Positions 1 through 7,412 of a stretch of 64,000 nt of DNA are shown piece by piece. The stretch is from positions 32,917 to 96,916 of the forward strand of contig LFRU01000057.1 in assembly GCA_001512495.1 (NCBI GenBank). Direction: 5' to 3'. How positions within the stretch are numbered: position 1 is the first letter of the stretch; the number at the start of each line of letters is the position of its first letter. The translations under genes were made by a program, and so were the position numbers. The stretch is from Syntrophothermus sp. DTU052. GTDB lineage: Bacteria; Bacillota; Syntrophomonadia; Syntrophomonadales; DTU052. The notes beneath the pieces are model-generated. The model had not been told where the DNA came from. It saw only the letters and a list, made by a program, of their open reading frames with translations, and searched no databases.

Positions 1-649
1 CCAGCTCCTCCCAACCAACCACGGATTCCTCCACCAGAATCTGTCCCACCAGGCTGGCTGATATGCCGCGGCCGGCTACCGCCTTTAGTTCTTCGACATT
101 ATAGACCAGACCACCACCGGTACCGCCCAGGGTGTAAGCCGGACGTATGACCACGGGATACCCCAGCTCGCCTGCGATTCTCTCCGCTTCTTCTACACTG
201 TAGGCCGGCATGCTGCGAGGCATTTCGATGCCCAGGCGACTCATGGTTTCCTTAAAGGCGATCCGGTCCTCGCCGCGTTCAATGGCATCAAGCTGTACCC
301 CAATCACCTCAACCCCGTACTGTTCCAGAACCCCGGCTCGGCTGAGTTCGGAGCACAGGTTCAACGCTGACTGTCCACCCAGATTGGGCAGGAGGGCATC
401 AGGGCGCTCTCTGGCAATTATGTTGGTCAGACTGCGCCGGTTTAGTGGTTCAATATAGGTGATATCTGCGACTTCCGGGTCGGTCATAATAGTGGCCGGA
501 TTGGAGTTAACGAGAACAACTTCATACCCCAGCTTTTTCAAGGCCTTGCAGGCCTGGGTCCCGGAATAGTCAAACTCACAGGCCTGGCCGATTACAATGG
601 GCCCTGAACCGATGATGAGAATCTTGTTGATGTCATTCCGTTTTGGCAT
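1..649 (-). CDS. carB: carbamoyl-phosphate synthase large subunit, N-terminal part (the gene runs off the window edge)
   Basis: The ORF is edge-truncated and absent from the track. Manual translation from ATG (complement of 647-649) gives [59 protein letters not shown]...[17 protein letters not shown], the canonical CarB ATP-grasp N-terminus. A GGAGGA SD (complement of 655-660) lies 5 nt upstream. Confidence 0.9.
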   Translation of the reverse strand, partial: MPKRNDINKILIIGSGPIVIGQACEFDYSGTQACKALKKLGYEVVLVNSNPATIMTDPEVADITYIEPLNRRSLTNIIARERPDALLPNLGGQSALNLCSELSRAGVLEQYGVEVIGVQLDAIERGEDRIAFKETMSRLGIEMPRSMPAYSVEEAERIAGELGYPVVIRPAYTLGGTGGGLVYNVEELKAVAGRGISASLVGQILVEESVVGWEEL

Positions 650-1145
650 ATGGTTCCTCCCAGTTCAGAATAGAGAATGTAAAAATTGCAAGTAGAGTTT
701 GCACATGGAAATCAATTCTGCAATACGAAAAATCACTCCATTTACCTCTGTTATATTACCGCAAAATCATACGGAAAACTACGGGTAATACTGAATTATT
801 TCCGGGTTGTTGCTGAAAAAGATCCTTCAAAAAAGGTTACCAGCTAGCGGAATGAATCAAGATCTTTCCCGGCCAAAATCTGAGGCTGAAGTCTTTTCCA
901 CATCAGGGATGCGGAGGATGGTTTCAGCCCAGGACAGAGGACCCGGTTGAAGTATTATGCCCCAGATCTGAGACCACCCTGAAATTGCCGGCCATCCGTT
1001 GGACACCGCCATTTAATTCTGGAATGTCAAGATGGGTTACAACCAGGCGGTCTTAAGTGTGTACATCCGGCACTTTCCGTGCCATGACAAATTGAGAATT
1101 GATCTGCAGCCGGTCAAGGCAGAACTGCAGTATGAATCGGCGAAA

Positions 1146-1178
1146 AGCCCGTAATACCGGGTAACCGGGCTATTTTTT
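1146..1178 (+). terminator. putative intrinsic terminator (hairpin plus T6)
   Basis: AGCCCG (1146-1151) pairs with CGGGCT (1166-1171). It is followed by A-TTTTTT (1172-1178) and sits just upstream of the sigma-54 promoter. Confidence 0.45.
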
Positions 1179-1194
1179 CATGAATTCGAAATCC

Positions 1195-1210
1195 TGGCAC
1201 CATTTTTGCA
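1195..1210 (+). promoter_or_regulatory. sigma-54 (RpoN) -24/-12 promoter
   Basis: The sequence is TGGCAC-CATTT-TTGCA. GG (1196-1197) and GC (1208-1209) are 12 nt apart, as in the TGGCAC-N5-TTGCA consensus. It lies 27 nt upstream of the AGGAGGG SD at 1237-1243. Confidence 0.7.
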
Positions 1211-1247
1211 ATTAGTAATAAGAACATTAATTCAACAGGAGGGATAT

Positions 1248-2678
1248 GTGTTGATTACCTGGGAAGAGTATATCGAACGGATATCGAAGATGAGAAAGAA
1301 CATATACATCAACGGCGAGGTGATTGGACGCGATGACCCGCGGGTGGTGAAGGGGACCCACACTTTCAAAGTAACTTTTGATAAGGCCCAGGATCCCGAA
1401 TACCGGGACCTGGTAGTAGTTAAGTCGCACCTCACCGGTAAGCCCATCAACAGGTGGACGCACATCCATCAGAGTGTGGAAGACCTGTTGAACAAGCAGT
1501 TGATTACCAGAAAACTCTGCAATTTAACCGGGGGATGCATCCAGAGGTGTATGGGGACCGATGCCATGAACGCGCTGTCGGTGGTCACCAAGGATTGCGA
1601 TCTGAAGTACGGAACGAACTATTATGAAAGATGGCTCAAGTATCTGGAATATTTCCAGGAGAACGATATCGTCGCTTCCTGCGGACAGACCGATGCCAAA
1701 GGCGATCGGAGCAAACGCCCGGGCGAACAACCGGATCCGGATCAGTATGTGCATGTGGTCGAGAGGCGTCCGGACGGGGTGGTGGTGCGGGGTGCGAAAC
1801 TCCATAACACCTCGGCGATGGTCGATGAGATTATCGTTATTCCTACCCGGGCCCTGCGGGAAAACGAGGGGGATTACGCTATCGCTTTTGCCATCCCTGC
1901 GGATGCGGAAGGGGTTTATCTGATCAGCAAGTACTCGGAGTTCAGCACCCGTGCTCCCGGTTTGGAGGCGCCGCTGGCCGAAGTCGGAGACGTTGAATGT
2001 ATGGTGGTACTTGATGATGTCTTCGTCCCCAATGAACGGATCTTTATCAACGGTGAGACCGAATTTGGCGGGCAGCTGGCTCTGCTGTTTGCACTCTTCC
2101 ACCGCCACAGCTACTCCGGGTGCAAGCCGGGCATGGCCGATGTTATGATGGGAACTGCGGCCCTGGTTACCGACTACCTGGGAATCGCCAAAGCTCCCCA
2201 CATAAGAGAAAGAATGGCCGAGATGGTGAGCATGGCAGAAATCGTTTTCGCCTGCGGCATTGCGGCCGGACACCATGCCCGTAAAGCTGCTTCGGGGACC
2301 TACGTGCCTGATATCGTCTTTGCCAATATTGGCCGCCGCCACGCCGGGCACAACATCTACCATGAATATGCCCTCCTGAGCGAGATGGCCGGCGGTCTTG
2401 CAGCCACACTGCCTCACTCCAGGGATTACAACAGCCCGGTGGTCGGCGACTTTGTCCGCAAATACGTAACGCGCCGGGCCGGCGTTTCTGCGGAGAACCA
2501 TTACCGTGCCTGGCACCTGGCAGCGGACCTCCTGGTCTCCCACACCGCCAGCGTGGCCCATGTGGCCGGCCTGCACGGTGGCGGCTCGCCGATCATGGAG
2601 GACATTGCCGTGATGAACTCATACGACCTGGAGTCCAAAAAGAACCTGGCCAAATACCTGGCCGGCATTAAAGAATAG
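1248..2678 (+). CDS. 4-hydroxybutyryl-CoA dehydratase/vinylacetyl-CoA isomerase family protein (AbfD-like, HpaB fold), paralog 1
   Basis: The translation carries GGCIQRCMGTDAMNA (CxxxC), RGAKLHNT, HRHSYSGCKPG and the C-terminal HGGGSP...LAKYLAGIK, matching the AbfD [4Fe-4S] ligand pattern. The track start at 1206 lies inside the -12 promoter box. I moved the start to GTG 1248 (or TTG 1251), just after the SD. Confidence 0.8.
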   Translation: MLITWEEYIERISKMRKNIYINGEVIGRDDPRVVKGTHTFKVTFDKAQDPEYRDLVVVKSHLTGKPINRWTHIHQSVEDLLNKQLITRKLCNLTGGCIQRCMGTDAMNALSVVTKDCDLKYGTNYYERWLKYLEYFQENDIVASCGQTDAKGDRSKRPGEQPDPDQYVHVVERRPDGVVVRGAKLHNTSAMVDEIIVIPTRALRENEGDYAIAFAIPADAEGVYLISKYSEFSTRAPGLEAPLAEVGDVECMVVLDDVFVPNERIFINGETEFGGQLALLFALFHRHSYSGCKPGMADVMMGTAALVTDYLGIAKAPHIRERMAEMVSMAEIVFACGIAAGHHARKAASGTYVPDIVFANIGRRHAGHNIYHEYALLSEMAGGLAATLPHSRDYNSPVVGDFVRKYVTRRAGVSAENHYRAWHLAADLLVSHTASVAHVAGLHGGGSPIMEDIAVMNSYDLESKKNLAKYLAGIKE

Positions 2679-2798
2679 AAGGCAGGACGGGCAGGCTCGA
2701 CCTGCAGTATCAGTGGCGAGGAAGGGACGGGGGATTGCCAATATAGACTCCAGACCCCGGGTCCCACCATGTTAAATTAAGAATTGGGGTGTGAAAGA

Positions 2799-4337
2799 AT
2801 GATTAGGACTCCTGAACAATACCTGGAATCCATCAACGATGGCCGCGAGATATGGGTCCTGGGGGAAAAGGTCAAGGATGTGCGCACCCATCCCACCCTT
2901 AGCAGCATCATCCAAACCACGGCCATGGACTTTGTGCTGCCCAATCATCCCGAATTTCGGCATCTCTTTGTAACCCAGGATGAGGATGGGGAGGATATAA
3001 ATTTCCTTTTATCTTCGCCCCGGACGGTTGAGGACCTCTTGCGGAGACGGGAATGCTATATTGCCGGTATGCGCGCCGGGGGAGGAGTAGTAGTCCACTG
3101 CATGGGGTCCGATGCTCTGGCGGCCTTTGAAGTAGTGGCCCAGTTGATGGACAGCAAGTTGAAGACCAATTATGTGGAGCGGGTCAAGAACTATCAGCGG
3201 ATGCTGCAGAAGCATGACCTGGCGATTACCGGCGCCATCACCGATGTTAAGGGGGACCGCAGCCTCAAGCCCTCCCAGCAGAAACAGCATCAGGACTATT
3301 ACCTGAGGATAGTCGACAAAAACAAGGACGGGATTGTGGTGCGGGGCGCGAAAGTGCATATAAGCTGTACTCCCGGAGCCAATGAAGTCCTGTGTCTGCC
3401 CTGCCGCACTCACGGAGAGGCTGATAAGGATTATGCCCTGGCTTTTGCCACCCCGTTAAACGCACCCGGGATCAAACTCCTGGGGGTTGAGCCGATTACC
3501 CGGACTTACGGTGCGGAAGGAGACTTCGATTATCCAAAATCGAGCCGCTTCCAGCCGCCTGAGTGCCTGATAGTTTTTGATGATGTGTTTGTGCCCTGGG
3601 AGCGGGTCTTCATGTGTGGGGAGTGGCAGTTTTCACGAAACCTGGCTTATGCCTTTGCCAGCTACCACCGCTTATTCGGATCCTGCAAAATGATCGGCAA
3701 GCTGGAGATACTGACCGGGGCTGCAGCTCTGATGGCCGAGTATAACGGCGTGGACAAAGAGGATCACATCCGCAAGAAGCTGGCCTGGATGGCCATGATT
3801 ACAGAAACCGTGGCCATGCTGGGGAAAGCGGCCTGCATGGAACCGGAGACGGAATTCGGCACCGACATATTAATGCCCAACCGGATGGCGATCAATGCCG
3901 CCAAATACACTTTTGCCAGCAACTTTCACCAGATGTGCCAGTACCTCCAGGACATCAGCGGAGGACTGGTAGCAACCGTTCCTTCATACCGGGATTGGGT
4001 GAATCCCGAATTACAGCCCTATATCGAAAAGTATCTCAGCGCCCGCGACGGTGTTCCCACCGAAAACCGGCTGCGAATGCTCCGTTTGGCCAAGGATTAC
4101 ACCAGCAATTTCTACCAGGTCGATACCATCCACGGGGAAGGTTCCATGGCCGCTCAACAGATGTTCCTGTACAGCAGTGCCGATTGGGATAAGATGAAAG
4201 CGGCGGCTAAGAGAGCGGCCCACATCGATGGCTGGCAGGATCACCCGATTTACGGCAAACTTCCGGTGGCCGAGAAAGAAGTAATTATGCCGCCGGTGGA
4301 CGAATCCTACCAGGCCATTCCCAAGACCGCGCCCTGA
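2799..4337 (+). CDS. 4-hydroxybutyryl-CoA dehydratase family protein, divergent paralog 2
   Basis: It has the same fold signature (EQYLESINDGREIWVLGEKV, VVRGAKVHIS, DYALAFATP). However it reads GGGVVVHCMGSDAL where paralog 1 has CxxxC, and HRLFGSCK at the second ligand region. It also has an extra C-terminal tail (...HIDGWQDHPIYGKLPVAEKEVIMPPVDESYQAIPKTAP). ATG 2799 is preferred over the track TTG at 2784. Confidence 0.7.
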   Translation: MIRTPEQYLESINDGREIWVLGEKVKDVRTHPTLSSIIQTTAMDFVLPNHPEFRHLFVTQDEDGEDINFLLSSPRTVEDLLRRRECYIAGMRAGGGVVVHCMGSDALAAFEVVAQLMDSKLKTNYVERVKNYQRMLQKHDLAITGAITDVKGDRSLKPSQQKQHQDYYLRIVDKNKDGIVVRGAKVHISCTPGANEVLCLPCRTHGEADKDYALAFATPLNAPGIKLLGVEPITRTYGAEGDFDYPKSSRFQPPECLIVFDDVFVPWERVFMCGEWQFSRNLAYAFASYHRLFGSCKMIGKLEILTGAAALMAEYNGVDKEDHIRKKLAWMAMITETVAMLGKAACMEPETEFGTDILMPNRMAINAAKYTFASNFHQMCQYLQDISGGLVATVPSYRDWVNPELQPYIEKYLSARDGVPTENRLRMLRLAKDYTSNFYQVDTIHGEGSMAAQQMFLYSSADWDKMKAAAKRAAHIDGWQDHPIYGKLPVAEKEVIMPPVDESYQAIPKTAP

Positions 4338-4385
4338 ATTCGGTGAAGCTTCTTTCTCCGCAACAGGTGAAAGAGCACCATAGGC

Positions 4386-4419
4386 ATCCCGTGTCACTGC
4401 AGCAGTGGCACGGGATTTT
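4386..4419 (+). terminator. intrinsic terminator after the AbfD-like pair
   Basis: ATCCCGTGTCAC / GTGGCACGGGAT form a 12-bp stem with one G-U pair and a TGCAGCA loop, followed by TTT. Confidence 0.6.
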
Positions 4420-4578
4420 AACATTTTCGGAGGCAATGCGGCCACGATACAGCAGGTTGTGCGCAGGGTTCTCACCACAAAAACTTTGGCCACTATCCGG
4501 AGCAGTTGATGGAACACTATGGTTCAATGATGTATGGGCGACAGGTAAAGTGGTCAGAATTTAGGACGAGGTGACAAA

Positions 4579-4977
4579 ATGGGGAAGCTATCTTCATGGC
4601 TGCTGTTGATCCTGATAGCTGCAGTTTTGATTTCTACCAATCCTACGAAGGAACAGTATGCTGAGTGGGCAGCCGGACAGTTAAGCCAGACAGCGCAAGA
4701 CGAGCAGAATAGCATAGAAAGCCTGATTATTGGCTGGGGGATGAGGACCTTCGCACCCGGTGTCATTAGAGACAGCACCAGTGAACACAACTACTATCTC
4801 TTTTCCCTCTATAACACCCGGGTGGGAGAACAAAGGTTCACCGCCATTGGCATTTTAAGCCATTTTGTGTTTATTGAGTCGGCAAACGAAGCCGCGGTTT
4901 CGCGGTTAAAACCGGGTGCCGCCCATGATTCTTCCCCTCCTTATCTCCAGTTCATCTATGAGCAGTTGGGAAGATGA
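4579..4977 (+). CDS. small N-terminally membrane-anchored protein, DUF4359-like
   Basis: It has an N-terminal TM segment (LSSWLLLILIAAVLIS) followed by TNPTKEQYAEWAAGQL. An SD-like GAGGTG lies upstream. The family assignment is from memory only. Confidence 0.4.
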   Translation: MGKLSSWLLLILIAAVLISTNPTKEQYAEWAAGQLSQTAQDEQNSIESLIIGWGMRTFAPGVIRDSTSEHNYYLFSLYNTRVGEQRFTAIGILSHFVFIESANEAAVSRLKPGAAHDSSPPYLQFIYEQLGR

Positions 4978-5170
4978 CGCAGTGCTGAGCTCCACTGACT
5001 ATCAGCATCTTCCCTGCCGGGCGTTGCGGCTCGATCCGGCGGCAGATTGGGCGGGAGCTTTCATGAGAAGCCTGCAGTTCCCCCGGTACTTCTCTATTAT
5101 GCCTGCACAGCGTCTCCTTCAGGTATGGGGTACCATATAGTATAAAAAGTTGGTTTCTCGGGGAGAGATC

Positions 5171-5575
5171 ATGGGAGAATTGGTGTTTGTTTACGGGACC
5201 TTAATGCGGGAGCAGGGCAACCATCGGCGGTTTTTTCAAGGTAATCCGGAGGTCGAATTCGTGGATGAGGGCGTGGTCGAAGGACTCGGCCTTTATAAGG
5301 TGGCCGCCGGTTATCCGGGGGCGGTTCGGGAGAAAGGAGCTTTCACCAGGGGCGAGGTGTTCCGGGTTTCTCGTAGAGTCTTACGAAGTTTGGACCTTCT
5401 GGAGGATGAAGGTGACCTGTATATCCGGAGAAAAACACAGGTGAGGTTGCAAAGCGGGGCCATGGTTGAGGCTTGGGTTTACCTTTGGAACCGGAAACCC
5501 GACCCGAAAACCAGGGTCTCGGAACATGAGCAGCCGTGGTGTTCGTCCAGCCCAACCGGTAAGCGGATATTATAA
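5171..5575 (+). CDS. gamma-glutamylcyclotransferase (AIG2/GGCT-like) family protein
   Basis: The N-terminus LVFVYGTLMREQGNH is the GGCT YGTL motif. ATG 5171 follows GGGGAGAG. Confidence 0.65.
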   Translation: MGELVFVYGTLMREQGNHRRFFQGNPEVEFVDEGVVEGLGLYKVAAGYPGAVREKGAFTRGEVFRVSRRVLRSLDLLEDEGDLYIRRKTQVRLQSGAMVEAWVYLWNRKPDPKTRVSEHEQPWCSSSPTGKRIL

Positions 5576-5718
5576 AATGCGTATCCTGCGCAGCAAAGCC
5601 TGCCTGCGCTCAATAAGGATATCGTAAACAGATATCTCCTGCCCAACAGGATAGTGAGCGCGGAAGGCTATTACGGCGCTCGAAGGTGCCGCAAGGAGTA
5701 GATAGCAGTATATGCTGC

Positions 5719-5750
5719 AAAAAAAAGGATTCCTGACATGCAGGAATCCT
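5719..5750 (-). terminator. intrinsic terminator downstream of tRNA-Pro
   Basis: On the minus strand a 10-bp stem (5726-5735 pairing with 5741-5750) is followed by a U8 tract (plus-strand A-run 5719-5726). Confidence 0.75.
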
Positions 5751-5761
5751 TTAATGTCAAA

Positions 5762-5839
5762 TGGTCGGAGCGACTAGATTTGAACTAGCGACCTCTTGCA
5801 CCCCAAGCAAGCGCTCTATCCAAGCTGAGCTACGCCCCG
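5762..5839 (-). tRNA. tRNA-Pro (anticodon GGG)
   Basis: The reverse complement is CGGGGCGTAGCTCAGCTTGGATAGAGCGCTTGCTTGGGGTGCAAGAGGTCGCTAGTTCAAATCTAGTCGCTCCGACCA. It folds as a cloverleaf with a 7-bp acceptor stem, anticodon loop TTGGGGT (GGG, G37), a TTCAAAT T-loop and an encoded CCA. Confidence 0.9.
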
Positions 5840-5860
5840 GACGATGATCATTATACCATG

Positions 5861-6031
5861 TCAAACCATGGCTTTCAACTGCCTGCATTCCAGCAACTGG
5901 CCTGTAATCTTCTGAACCAGTCTTTGAATCTTTTCCTCCAACTCTTCCATGCTTTTTGCTGTTGTAAATACATTCATTATTCCTGTGACGAGTTGAAGGA
6001 ATATCGATACCAATTGTTGAATCTTTAACAC
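5861..6031 (-). CDS. candidate 56-aa small protein (below the ORF-track size cutoff)
   Basis: Manual translation gives GTG-LKIQQLVSIFLQLVTGIMNVFTTAKSMEELEEKIQRLVQKITGQLLECRQLKAMV-TGA. An AAAGGAGG SD (GGAGG at 6046-6042) lies 10 nt upstream. The protein has a hydrophobic N-terminal half and a heptad-like C-terminal half. Confidence 0.3.
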   Translation of the reverse strand: MLKIQQLVSIFLQLVTGIMNVFTTAKSMEELEEKIQRLVQKITGQLLECRQLKAMV

Positions 6032-6174
6032 GAGACCTCATCCTCCTTTGCGCGGGAGTGGACGTTCTTCGGAACATCCTTTTTGAGGTCTCATTTCTCT
6101 TCTTGACCCCTTTTTACCTACTTAAACTTTACAGTACCCGTCCGCCGACTCTACTTGTTTTATAAGTGGGAGGG

Positions 6175-6202
6175 ATTTTATTCCCAAGCCTCACTTGATC
6201 AA
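6175..6202 (-). promoter_or_regulatory. putative sigma-A promoter (TTGATC-16 nt-TAAAAT) reading toward the small ORF and tRNA-Pro
   Basis: On the minus strand the -35 TTGATC is at 6202-6197 and the -10 TAAAAT at 6180-6175. Confidence 0.4.
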
Positions 6203-6461
6203 AATCATTACCGCCATGTATCTTTATTCGAGCCCGATTGAACTGTGATTCTGAGCTTCAAATGGGGTGAGTAAGTTAAGGCCCTTGTGCTGATCATCCA
6301 CCGGCAGGATCGGTGAAGGTGGCGATGGGGTCGGGGAATGCGTAAAAAAGAAATGGGAATTAAGAGCTAAGGATTGGACCGAGATTGGGGCTGGGCCGCG
6401 CGTGGAATTTTGCCCCACGGTTTTTGGGATACTAAGTTCAAAACCCGAAGGAGGCGTGATA

Positions 6462-6713
6462 GTGAAGCCCAAGAAAAAGGTATCCCCCAAAAGAAATGAA
6501 ATCATTCGCCGCATGGGCAACGCTATAAGAGAAGGGAATGCCATGCTGGACCGGTACGCGGTTCGTCTGAAAGAGGGTACCAGGTGCGGGGTGTGCAGCC
6601 GGGAGGGGAGAACCATGGTAAGATTAGCCTATAATGACGGACAGGAAGCTTATCTGGGCAAGACCTGCGCTCGTTATGTCTTAGATTACGCCAATTCTGA
6701 CGCTATTTCCTGA
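6462..6713 (+). CDS. hypothetical small basic protein (83 aa)
   Basis: A GAAGGAGG SD (6448-6454) lies 7 nt before GTG 6462. The sequence VKPKKKVSPKRNEIIRRMGNAIREG...CGVC...GKTCARY matches no family I recognise. Confidence 0.4.
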   Translation: MKPKKKVSPKRNEIIRRMGNAIREGNAMLDRYAVRLKEGTRCGVCSREGRTMVRLAYNDGQEAYLGKTCARYVLDYANSDAIS

Positions 6714-6831
6714 ATCGGCATATTTTTTGGGTTCTCGGGGGCAGGTGCGGCCAGCAACTCCTTGCAAGGAGCTGGTGATTTTGGGTAAAGTGGATAATAA
6801 CACCTGAAATTAACCGGATGGAGGGTTTTTT

Positions 6832-7356
6832 ATGGACTGTCTGGAAGCTCTAAAAACCAGGAGGAGTGTAAGGAGATACAAACCGGATATGATCCCGGAG
6901 CAGGACCTGCTGGAGATTATGGATGCGGGAAGGCTTGCTCCCACTGCGGGGAATTTTCAGCCCTGGGAATTCATAATCGCTCGGGATAAGGAGACAATCG
7001 CCGCGTTGCGGGACGCTACTTATGACCGGCAGGAATTATTTGCCACTTCGCCGGTGGTCATCGCCGTATGTGCGGATCCCAAGAGGTCTGAATACTATGG
7101 CGAGCGGGGTATGAACTACTTCTGTATACTGGATTGTGCCATTGCTACCCAGAACATGCTCCTGGCTGCTCATGCCCTGGGGTATGGAGGATGCTGGGTG
7201 GGGGGATTCTCCGAAAGGAAAGTCCGCCAAGTCCTGGGAATACCCGATAACATCAGGGTGGTGTCCTTAATGCCGTTGGGCAAGCCGGCGGAAGGCGAGC
7301 CATGGAATCCTCCCAAACGTGAATTAAAAGAAATAATGCACTGGGACCGGTGGTAA
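6832..7356 (+). CDS. nitroreductase family protein
   Basis: LKTRRSVRRYKPDMIPEQDLLEIMDAGRLAPTAGNFQPWEFI is the classic nitroreductase N-terminus. Confidence 0.85.
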   Translation: MDCLEALKTRRSVRRYKPDMIPEQDLLEIMDAGRLAPTAGNFQPWEFIIARDKETIAALRDATYDRQELFATSPVVIAVCADPKRSEYYGERGMNYFCILDCAIATQNMLLAAHALGYGGCWVGGFSERKVRQVLGIPDNIRVVSLMPLGKPAEGEPWNPPKRELKEIMHWDRW

Positions 7357-7412
7357 GCAAAGGAAGCAGGGTCCAACCCCTGCTTCCTTTTACCTTGATT
7401 AGGGTGTCGGTG

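Noticed and set aside
1524-2576. Long antisense ORFs opposite well-supported genes. Examples are 1524-2576(-), 8716-9288(+), 14762-15310(-), 20757-21674(-), 26469-27368(-), 28262-28939(-), 32925-33620(-), 43057-43761(-), 47418-48281(-), 52974-53612(-) and 63148-63681(-).
   Set aside because: Their translations are low-complexity and rich in Arg, Pro, Ser and Gly, with no recognisable motifs. Each lies fully inside a gene with strong family signatures on the other strand. They are typical shadow ORFs.
5757-6077. A 106-aa minus-strand ORF overlapping tRNA-Pro.
   Set aside because: It runs through the tRNA gene and has non-protein-like composition. Its ATG directly abuts the SD. The GTG-initiated 56-codon frame at 6031 is the better, though still tentative, reading.
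6224-6616. A 130-aa minus-strand ORF, and the 6402 start of the plus-strand 103-aa ORF.
   Set aside because: The minus ORF is antisense to the SD-preceded small gene and is Pro/Ser-rich. The 6402 start lies upstream of the GAAGGAGG SD and inside a hairpin plus U-tract, so the start was moved to GTG 6462.
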